From: a candidate division WOR-3 bacterium
GTDB lineage: Bacteria > Hydrothermota > Hydrothermia > JBDRYB01
DNA length: 15,392 bases
Assembly: GCA_049969615.1 (NCBI GenBank)
Contig: JBMFOM010000040.1
Location: forward strand, 1-15,392
Reading direction: 5' to 3'
The position numbers were made by a program, and so were the translations under genes. This document shows positions 1 to 6,237 of this stretch, piece after piece (the stretch's first letter is position 1; each line of letters starts with the position of its first letter). A model generated the notes under the pieces. It searched no databases. It worked only from the letters and a program-made list of their open reading frames with translations, and had not been told where the DNA came from.

Positions 1-59
1 TGACCCATCCGGGCTTTCTCAAACCAGGGGGGTATGCTGAGAATCAAAAATGAGCACAT
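1..59 (-). CDS. Possible 5' end of a gene running off the window (MCSFLILSIPPWFEKARMG...)
   Basis: ATG at 59-57 opens a frame with no stop to the window edge. The short hydrophobic N-terminus resembles other exported proteins in this window. Too short to verify. Confidence 0.3.
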   Translation of the reverse strand, partial: MCSFLILSIPPWFEKARMG

Positions 60-88
60 CCGGGGAAAGGATCACCCGATCATCCAAC

Positions 89-161
89 TGGGCCCGCCAG
101 GACTTGAACCTGGAACCAACGGATTATGAGTCCGCTGCTCTGCCGGTTGAGCTACAGGCCC
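89..161 (-). tRNA. tRNA with CAT anticodon, most likely tRNA-Ile2 (lysidine type); CCA not encoded
   Basis: Reverse complement GGGCCTGTAGCTCAACCGGCAGAGCAGCGGACTCATAATCCGTTGGTTCCAGGTTCAAGTCCTGGCGGGCCCA folds as a cloverleaf. It has a G1-C72 pair, anticodon loop CTCATAA and T-loop GTTCAAG. It lacks the initiator C1:A72 mismatch and GGG/CCC anticodon stem, and resembles Ile2 tRNAs. Elongator Met is not fully excluded. Confidence 0.93.
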
Positions 162-172
162 TCTTAGAGTGG

Positions 173-332
173 CAAATTATAACATAGTTCCCGGGAGGAA
201 TCAAGCATTTGTGTTGGAGACCTCTGACAAAGTAGCAATAACTTACTGGTTGGGGGGAGGAGCACTTTGTCTAAGGGAACTGGGTTCTAAGAGGGGCCCC
301 CTGAAAAATCTCGCAACAATAGCATTTCCTCA
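173..332 (+). repeat. Dispersed non-coding repeat, copy A
   Basis: 217-332 aligns to the reverse complement of 8411-8524 with about 14 differences in 116 columns (hand alignment). Weaker similarity continues over 173-216 versus 8542-8584. Confidence 0.92.
176..204 (-). promoter_or_regulatory. sigma70-type promoter for tRNA-Ile2
   Basis: Minus strand TTGATT (204-199), 17 nt, TATAAT (181-176), 14 nt upstream of the tRNA 5' end. Confidence 0.8.
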
Positions 333-391
333 TAGCCTGCCACAAAATTTGAGTTATAATCTCGCTGGTTTTGATAGATAAGACACAATGG

Positions 392-421
392 TTGCATACC
401 TTCCTCGCTTTAGCGCATAAT
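392..421 (+). promoter_or_regulatory. sigma70-type promoter for tRNA-Leu
   Basis: TTGCAT (392-397), 18 nt, CATAAT (416-421), 10 nt before the tRNA start. Confidence 0.7.
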
Positions 422-431
422 TACAGGCTGG

Positions 432-514
432 GCCCGGGTGGCGGAATGGCAGACGCACTGGACTTAAAATCCGGTGGCCGAGAGGCCGTGCGGGTTCAAA
501 TCCCGCCCTGGGCA
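432..514 (+). tRNA. tRNA-Leu(TAA); full CCA not encoded (ACCT)
   Basis: Acceptor stem GCCCGGG/CCTGGGC, D-arm GGCGGAATGGCAGACGC, anticodon arm CTGGA-CTTAAAA-TCCGG, long variable arm TGGCC-GAGA-GGCCG, T-arm GCGGG-TTCAAAT-CCCGC, discriminator A. Confidence 0.96.
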
Positions 515-631
515 CCTTAATTTATAAGGGTTTTCTAGTTTTCACCCTTTCCCCTCAGGACCCTCCAATTGGGCCACGATCTATTCTGGCCCCGTTAGCC
601 AGCTTAGAGAGGACCAGCCGCAAGGGTCCGG

Positions 632-680
632 AGGGACCCCATGAAAAATCCCGCCACGAGGGTATTTCCCCGGGGTCCTC
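632..680 (+). repeat. Dispersed repeat, degenerate partial copy C
   Basis: AGGGACCCCATGAAAAATCCCGCCACGAGGGTATTTCCCCGGGGTCCTC versus copy B reverse complement AGGGTCCCCTGAAAAATCCCGCAACAATAGCATTTCCTCAGGGTTATC. Confidence 0.7.
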
Positions 681-1019
681 TCCTGGCTATGATGAGGCTT
701 CCGAAATAATTCAAGGCTTACAGCCTCCCGCTCAATCAGGATTCCAATACGGAAGTTAGGGCAAGATTAAAAATCTTTCGGGAGGGGAGCGTTAAGATTG
801 ATTTCGCTGGGGCAATAAATATCTGGAAGCCTGAAGATGTGAACCTGGAACCCCCGGGAATGAGCAAAGTAGGTTTCATTGTTGAATATCGGGAAGCTGA
901 CAGGCCATGGGTGAAGCGCTATGTCCGGCGGTGTCTCGTGACGAATATAGTGGAAGCGCAGGATCAGGAATCTCAGCTCGGCTTCAAGGTTTCCTGTAGA
1001 CCCAGATACGAAAAAGTCT

Positions 1020-2372
1020 TCAGCGTATTGAAGCGCTTATCCCCCCCGCGAAAAACAGCCCTGAGATGTCCTGGCCTTCCGAATGTTTCCAGTTGCCTAT
1101 CCCCCTGTAACCGACCCTTAGATCAAGCGAGAGCGGCCAGCGTAGCCAGAAAACCCCAAGCCATCCCCTTGTCTCGGTTTGAACCGGCCGAGCGAGAAAG
1201 CTTTCTTTCGGATAACCGAGCTTGTATGGCATTCGTTCGTAGATTGAACCCACTCCGTCCTGGGTGAAGCAGAATCCGAGCGATGGTCTTGCTGAACCTG
1301 TGGCCTGCCAATCCAGCTCAACCAGAAACCTCTGGAAATCAGAACCAAGAGGATGGCCGTAGGGCCAGCCCCTGTAAAGGGCCTTGGTGGTCCTGAGCCT
1401 TGAGTTAAAAGCCCACCTGCTGGCCATGGAATAGTCCAGCCGTAAAGCGAAGGGGCCCGCGGCCTTCATCCCGCCAAAAGCCAGAGCGAACTGGTTGGGG
1501 TCCCAGACGGTATCAGGAACATACTGGAAATCATCAACATAAAACTCCCCATAAAGGAGCAATCCGGGCAGGGCCAGGGTCGCGTCCAGGTCCCACGCGT
1601 AGTCGTCCTCGTGCTGGAAGCTCTCTGTCCAGGAGTAGGCATAGTATATCGGTATAGGGTTGAAATATTGAAGGCACGGCCCACCGTCTTGCCTGGCGTA
1701 TCTGACTGTCTCTGACCAAGCCAGGCTTAACCTTCCAAAAAGGAGCAACTCAATCCTGTGGCCGTTTATGAAGCGCTGGTATTCGGTCCGATGTTCAATG
1801 TTTTGCGAGGTATCTATGAAATCTTCTACCACATAGGGATCAAGGATGCCAAAGAAAACCGAAACCCTCGCAAAGGAGTTTTGCCACGCGAGTTCGCCGC
1901 AGTCAAATGGCGGAAAGTTGCCACCGTCAAACATAAGATTGTTTGCCAGTGGCGGCCCCCAGGAGACCGGCGCCCTCCCCCAGTAGCCGGAGAAATTTTC
2001 GGACCGGAACCCAACAAAGGCGCGAAGCCAATCCGAGCGAATCCCGTTCCACCTGAATGGATAAAGCGAATCATTGCCGAGCCATAGAAACGGTTCCGCC
2101 ACCGCGAAGAACCCCCCGCTTTCATATGAGAACGAAGCGGTTCCCGAAAACCTCTGAAAAGTATCGGATTCGTAGCCAGCAGATATGTAAAACCTCGCCG
2201 AACAAGGCTTGAGATCGTTCCAGAGGGGGCCTTCTCCCAGCAGACTATCCGGGAGCACGAGGGGTTCTGTCCAGTAAAAACCGGGCGGTAGCTCCCCAGC
2301 AAGGAGGAGCCGGACAACCTCAGCATCCCCGTGGCCAGGGGTTATTACCAGTCCGAACAACAGGGCCTGCAC
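1020..2372 (-). CDS. Outer-membrane beta-barrel protein, capsule assembly Wzi-like family
   Basis: 450 aa ORF with GTG start. Motif series GRAPVSWG, HRIEL..L.LAWSETVRY, YFNP, LYGEFYVDD, GHPLGSD is typical of Wzi-like proteins. Aromatic-rich alternating strands. Confidence 0.7.
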   Translation of the reverse strand: MQALLFGLVITPGHGDAEVVRLLLAGELPPGFYWTEPLVLPDSLLGEGPLWNDLKPCSARFYISAGYESDTFQRFSGTASFSYESGGFFAVAEPFLWLGNDSLYPFRWNGIRSDWLRAFVGFRSENFSGYWGRAPVSWGPPLANNLMFDGGNFPPFDCGELAWQNSFARVSVFFGILDPYVVEDFIDTSQNIEHRTEYQRFINGHRIELLLFGRLSLAWSETVRYARQDGGPCLQYFNPIPIYYAYSWTESFQHEDDYAWDLDATLALPGLLLYGEFYVDDFQYVPDTVWDPNQFALAFGGMKAAGPFALRLDYSMASRWAFNSRLRTTKALYRGWPYGHPLGSDFQRFLVELDWQATGSARPSLGFCFTQDGVGSIYERMPYKLGYPKESFLARPVQTETRGWLGVFWLRWPLSLDLRVGYRGIGNWKHSEGQDISGLFFAGGISASIR

Positions 2373-2378
2373 GGCCAG

Positions 2379-2432
2379 ATTTTAATGCACAGGGACTTGG
2401 TGTTGCCACAGCAAGGGGCTGTGTAGTAAAAT
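2379..2432. promoter_or_regulatory. Back-to-back divergent promoters for the Wzi-like gene and the speE operon
   Basis: Plus strand: TTGCCA (2403-2408), 18 nt, TAAAAT (2427-2432), 7 nt, ATG. Minus strand: TGGCAA (2408-2403), 18 nt, TAAAAT (2384-2379), 6 nt, GTG. Confidence 0.7.
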
Positions 2433-2439
2433 TTTCACT

Positions 2440-3267
2440 ATGAGCAAAGGTTTCTGGTTTCAGGAAATGCACTCCGGTTCATCAGGCCTTCTCCTGGGCG
2501 TGTCCCGGCTTATTTTCTCGCACGAATCTCGCTACCAGCGAATAGAGATATTTGAGAACGATTTCTTCGGAAAGGTCCTGGTGCTTGATGGCTGTGTTAT
2601 GACAACCGAGCGAGACGAGTTCATATATCACGAGATGCTGGTTCACCCGGGGATGCTGGTTCACCCGAATCCCCAGGAAATCCTCATTATAGGAGGCGGA
2701 GACGGTGGCGCGCTCAGGGAGGTCCTCCGGTATCCGATCCGAAAGGCAGTCTTAGTTGAAATAGATCAAGCCGTTGTTGAAGCCGCAAAGGCATATCTGC
2801 CCACCATGTCCTCCGGCTTCTCGGACCCCAGGGCACTTGCCCTATACGAAGATGGCTTTGAGTTTATGAGGAGGACACCGCCTGAGTCATACGATGTAAT
2901 AATCGTTGACTCGCCCGACCCCGTTGGCTCAGCGAAGGCCCTCTTTACCAGGGAATTCTACAGGGAGGCATTCAAGGTTCTTTCAAAACCCGGCGCGCTG
3001 GTCATACAGGCCGAGTCCCCCATGTATCACCTGGATACGATAAAGGACATAAGGAAATCTCTTCTGGCGGCCTTCGGGGAGGCCAATTTCTACACATCAC
3101 CCATGCCCACATATCCGGGCGGATGGTGGTGCTACGCGCTCTGCCTGAAGGGTATAGACGGGTTTGAGCCAAAGCGCGAGCCGCCGAAGGACCTAAAATA
3201 TTACAACCACCGGGTTCACAGGGCAAGCTTTGCCCTGCCGGAGTTCCTCAGGAAGGACCTGTTGTGA
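2440..3267 (+). CDS. speE: Polyamine aminopropyltransferase (spermidine synthase)
   Basis: 275 aa with S.YQ.I, FGKVLVLDG..MTTERDEFIYHEMLVH, ILIIGGGDGG, VEID, DVIIVDSPDP, PTYPGG.W, LKYYN..VH.ASF.LP. Confidence 0.96.
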   Translation: MSKGFWFQEMHSGSSGLLLGVSRLIFSHESRYQRIEIFENDFFGKVLVLDGCVMTTERDEFIYHEMLVHPGMLVHPNPQEILIIGGGDGGALREVLRYPIRKAVLVEIDQAVVEAAKAYLPTMSSGFSDPRALALYEDGFEFMRRTPPESYDVIIVDSPDPVGSAKALFTREFYREAFKVLSKPGALVIQAESPMYHLDTIKDIRKSLLAAFGEANFYTSPMPTYPGGWWCYALCLKGIDGFEPKREPPKDLKYYNHRVHRASFALPEFLRKDLL

Positions 3268-3277
3268 GGACAAAAGT

Positions 3278-3847
3278 ATGAGCAGTTCTTCGGCTCTGAA
3301 ACCCCCCAGGTATGTTAGGACGGTCAGGGATCTGATCTACTGGTTCTACGCGGAATTGATAGCCAGGGCCGCGGGATTTGGGGGCAACTATGGGTTCGTA
3401 GTGTCCAGGTTCAAGAAGCTGAAGTCCGGGGAAATGTGTTGGTCGTCCTCCACGAGGGACTGGCAGAAGGAGCTTGAAAAGGGGAAGGTCTGCGCTTATT
3501 GCGGCTCGGAGAAAAGTCTAACGGTTGATCACATCATTCCCATATCAAGGGCAATAACCCCACGGATAAAGGATCTCCTTGAATCCCAGGACAACTGCGT
3601 TCTCGCTTGCAAGACCTGCAACTCCGAGAAGCGCGACAGGGATGTCTTTGAGTGGTATGGCAAGGACCGGCTTGACGAGATACCCAAGCTGGTTCTCTCA
3701 AAATTCCTCAAGCTGGCTTACAGATTGCATGAGCTCCAGGACACCCTTGACATGGAAGACCCGAACGCTGACGGGATAACTGACATATACGATCTCGGGA
3801 CGGTAATAACCTTTCTGATAAAGAAAGGCAAGGGTTCAGGAAAATGA
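3278..3847 (+). CDS. HNH endonuclease (zinc-binding CxxC...DH...N...CxxCN type)
   Basis: CAYCG...LTVDHIIP...DNCVLACKTCNSEK. Start moved from 3230 to the in-frame ATG at 3278, which follows a GAGGA SD (3266-3270) just after the speE stop; 189 aa. Stop overlaps the speB start (ATGA). Confidence 0.88.
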   Translation: MSSSSALKPPRYVRTVRDLIYWFYAELIARAAGFGGNYGFVVSRFKKLKSGEMCWSSSTRDWQKELEKGKVCAYCGSEKSLTVDHIIPISRAITPRIKDLLESQDNCVLACKTCNSEKRDRDVFEWYGKDRLDEIPKLVLSKFLKLAYRLHELQDTLDMEDPNADGITDIYDLGTVITFLIKKGKGSGK

Positions 3848-4584
3848 CCAATCTCTTTGGAATACCTTACGAGGGAAGGGTTAACTTCACCAGGGGAACA
3901 TCCCTGGGGCCAGCGCACATCCGGTTTTGGCTTGAGTCCCTGGAGGATTTCAGCCCCTATCAGGGAAAGGAATTGGAATATTCCGAGCTGGGAGACCTCT
4001 ATCCGCCTTCCGGATTATCCGGAGAAGAATTCACTGCTTGGTGCGTGGAGGCCCTTAGATCGTGGGAAATAAAGCCACCATTCCTGGCTCTGGGAGGCGA
4101 TCACACCATAACCCTGCCGCTTTGCCTATATCTGCGCGAGAGTATTGGCGACTTCACAGTCGTCTGGCTGGACGCGCACCTTGACGCGAGGGATGAGTAT
4201 CAGGGCGAGAAATTCTGCCACGCGACTGTTGCCAGAAGGCTCGCTGACGAGGGCTTTGAGGTTCTCATCCTGGGATGGAGGTCCCTGGCTCCTGGCGAGG
4301 CTGGACCTGAAGATAAGGAAGCTCTGGAACGGTTGTCATCCCTCAGGAAGTGCTACCTGAGCCTTGACCTGGATGTCCTTGATCCGTCGGTTGTTCCGGG
4401 GGTATCAAACCCAGAGCCCGGCGGAATGGTTTTCGGCGAGCTGATGGGGATGATTCTCGGTCTTGAGGGCAAGATTCTGGCCGCGGACATGGTTGAGTAT
4501 AACCCAAGGGAGGACACTGGCCCTGCCTCGGGAGGTGTGGCATCCACACTCGCCAGGGAAATTCTCATACTTCTTTCGGGATGA
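3844..4584 (+). CDS. speB: Agmatinase / ureohydrolase (arginase family)
   Basis: G.PY...GP..IR, GGDHTIT, DAHLD, CHAT, YLSLDLDVLDP...PG...PEPGG, D.VEYNP: all binuclear metal ligands are present. Sits in an operon with speE. Confidence 0.9.
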   Translation: MTNLFGIPYEGRVNFTRGTSLGPAHIRFWLESLEDFSPYQGKELEYSELGDLYPPSGLSGEEFTAWCVEALRSWEIKPPFLALGGDHTITLPLCLYLRESIGDFTVVWLDAHLDARDEYQGEKFCHATVARRLADEGFEVLILGWRSLAPGEAGPEDKEALERLSSLRKCYLSLDLDVLDPSVVPGVSNPEPGGMVFGELMGMILGLEGKILAADMVEYNPREDTGPASGGVASTLAREILILLSG

Positions 4585-5036
4585 GGTTTCTCGTAGATCA
4601 ACACGCTGGAAAGCTCTGCCGGTGGCTCAGGTTCCTGGGTTTTGACGCGGAGATGGCATCTGGTTCTCTGTATGACCTAGGCGCTAGAGCCGCCAGGGAG
4701 GCGCGGATTTTGTTGACCAGGAACAGGAAGGCCAAAGAGCTCCCTCTCATCACCTGTCTGGTTCTCTTATCAGATGATCCGGAGAAGCAGTTGAGGCAGG
4801 TTGTGGATGAGCTTGGCCTCTGTGAAAAATTCAGGCCATTCTCCCGTTGTCCCGTGTGCAACCAAGAGCTGGAGACTATCCGGAAGGAAGAAGCAAAAGA
4901 CCTTGTTCCCCCACACACTTTCTCAACCCATGAAGAATTTTCCCACTGCCCCGTGTGCGGAAGAATTTATTGGGAGGGATCGCATGTTGAGAAAATGAGG
5001 AAAACCATAAGAGAATTGCTTAGCGAAAGCAAATGA
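4581..5036 (+). CDS. Mut7-C RNase domain protein (PIN-like fold plus zinc ribbon)
   Basis: MRFLVD...GKLCRWLRFLGFD, A..E.RILLTR, QL..V, PFSRCPVCN..L, F..CPVCGRIYWEGSH. ATGA overlap with speB. Confidence 0.9.
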   Translation: MRFLVDQHAGKLCRWLRFLGFDAEMASGSLYDLGARAAREARILLTRNRKAKELPLITCLVLLSDDPEKQLRQVVDELGLCEKFRPFSRCPVCNQELETIRKEEAKDLVPPHTFSTHEEFSHCPVCGRIYWEGSHVEKMRKTIRELLSESK

Positions 5037-5125
5037 AGCTGTGTTTTAAACCCATTTCCTGGTAGTTTCGTATCGTGAAAAAGCCTCAACCTGGATTCAA
5101 AATTCCAGATCGCCGGAGCAGGCTG

Positions 5126-5155
5126 TTGAACGGCCCCCGGAAACAGCTTTAAAAT
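5126..5155 (+). promoter_or_regulatory. sigma70-type promoter, apparently leaderless
   Basis: TTGAAC (5126-5131), 18 nt, TAAAAT (5150-5155), 6 nt, ATG (5162). No SD. Confidence 0.65.
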
Positions 5156-5161
5156 TTCCGC

Positions 5162-6037
5162 ATGATGAATGTTTTGGTGGTTTTATTTTGCCTTAAACCA
5201 ATCTTCGTCCTTCCGGGCGAAGGGGTCTGGTTACCGGAGATAACAGAGGCCGAGGTTTTCCCAGAGGACTTTACCCCCTCCCAGTTTCAGTATATCTACA
5301 AGGATTACCTTCCTGAGTATACCATAAAGAAGGATAGGGTGGTCTATAGGGCGCCAGACAAACCCGGCTACAAGAGGATACCCTTCATGGCCGGCACGGA
5401 CACCGCTCTCGTGATAACAATGCTCCCATACGATTCCCTTGTTGACGGAAAGATAGGGGATTATGTCATAGGGGAATACCCTGACCCCTACAAGGGAGCC
5501 AAGGGTGAGGTCGCAGTAAGGCCATCGGCGTATGCACCGCCAAAGGGCTTCATAGTGATAACCCAGGAGACCGAGACCCTGCATGTATCCGAGCATTTCA
5601 CCCTAGGAGATTTCGGTCGCAAGTGGGAAAAAGGGGGGTATCCCAGATACATAGTCCTTGATCCTCGTGTTCCAGTAATGCTTGAGGCCCTCATAGACAC
5701 ACTTGAATCAATGGGCCTTCCCTCCAATATAAAAATACTCTCCGGTTACCGTAGCCCACTGACCAACAAGAAGCGCGGGCGCAAAAAGTGGTCACGACAC
5801 CAATATGGTGACGCGGTTGACATATTCGTTGACGGCAACAATGACGGCAGGATGGATGATCTAAACCGAGATGGCAAGATCAACCGCTCTGACGCGCTGT
5901 TTCTTCTGGGTATAGCCGAGAAGGTCCTGAAGGACATGGGCATAGAGGGTGGCATGGGCTACTACAGAGGCCGGCGCCAGGGAACCCCTTTTATACATGT
6001 GGATCTCAGGGGTTTCTACGCCAGATGGAAGGGCTAA
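5162..6037 (+). CDS. Peptidase M15-type (D-Ala-D-Ala carboxypeptidase-like) zinc metallopeptidase, exported
   Basis: S.HFTL.DF, ILSGYRSP..N, SRHQYGDAVDI (SxHxxGxAxD) and FIHVD (HxD) motifs. Short hydrophobic N-terminus. Confidence 0.85.
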   Translation: MMNVLVVLFCLKPIFVLPGEGVWLPEITEAEVFPEDFTPSQFQYIYKDYLPEYTIKKDRVVYRAPDKPGYKRIPFMAGTDTALVITMLPYDSLVDGKIGDYVIGEYPDPYKGAKGEVAVRPSAYAPPKGFIVITQETETLHVSEHFTLGDFGRKWEKGGYPRYIVLDPRVPVMLEALIDTLESMGLPSNIKILSGYRSPLTNKKRGRKKWSRHQYGDAVDIFVDGNNDGRMDDLNRDGKINRSDALFLLGIAEKVLKDMGIEGGMGYYRGRRQGTPFIHVDLRGFYARWKG

Positions 6038-6066
6038 CCTGGTTGAGGCCCTGACTGAGAATAAAA

Positions 6067-6124
6067 AACCGGTTCGCGGTTCGGATTTTCTGGCCCGCCA
6101 AAATCTGAGCGCGCGCCCACGGTT
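6067..6124 (+). other. Long imperfect intergenic hairpin
   Basis: GTTCGGATTTT (6079-6089) pairs with AAAATCTGAGC (6100-6110), 11 bp including two G-U. It extends with CGCG/CGCG and AACCG/CGGTT. Confidence 0.5.
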
Positions 6125-6237
6125 CCTGTTGTTAATCTCTTTCGGACTAAAAATATTCCCGTCTGTCAACCATGAACCGGCCGACCCTCAAACCCTCTGT
6201 ATGCCCCCAGTCCCATACATGGTCTATAATATTCCCC

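Noticed and set aside
169-381. 70-aa ORF between the two tRNAs
   Set aside because: It spans the tRNA promoter and the repeat. The second repeat copy has single-base indels relative to it, and there is no SD or recognisable motif.
89-514. tRNA-anchored genomic island or prophage
   Set aside because: No duplicate of either tRNA 3' end, no integrase and no phage genes in the window. Sequence left of position 1 cannot be assessed.
615-645. SRP (4.5S) RNA because of GGTCCGGAGGGA
   Set aside because: Lacks the conserved CAGG...GGAA...AGCAG helix-8 internal loop.
173-680. CRISPR array or IscB/TnpB guide RNA linked to the HNH gene
   Set aside because: Repeats are dispersed rather than regularly spaced. 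The HNH protein is only 189 aa, shows no RuvC or PLMP motifs, and has no flanking non-coding space.
839-1267. 142-aa plus-strand ORF
   Set aside because: More than half overlaps the Wzi-like gene antisense, with no SD or motif. A decayed small gene at 860-1019 cannot be fully excluded.
5083-6049. 11/12 inverted repeat GCCTCAACCTGG / CCTGGTTGAGGC flanking the peptidase gene
   Set aside because: Short enough to be chance, with no target duplication or recombinase nearby.
6031-6137. Integron attC site after the peptidase gene (stop within GGCTAAC followed by a hairpin)
   Set aside because: No complementary GTTAGCC-type core at the far end (nearest is GTTAATC), no integrase or second attC, and neighbouring genes have their own promoters.
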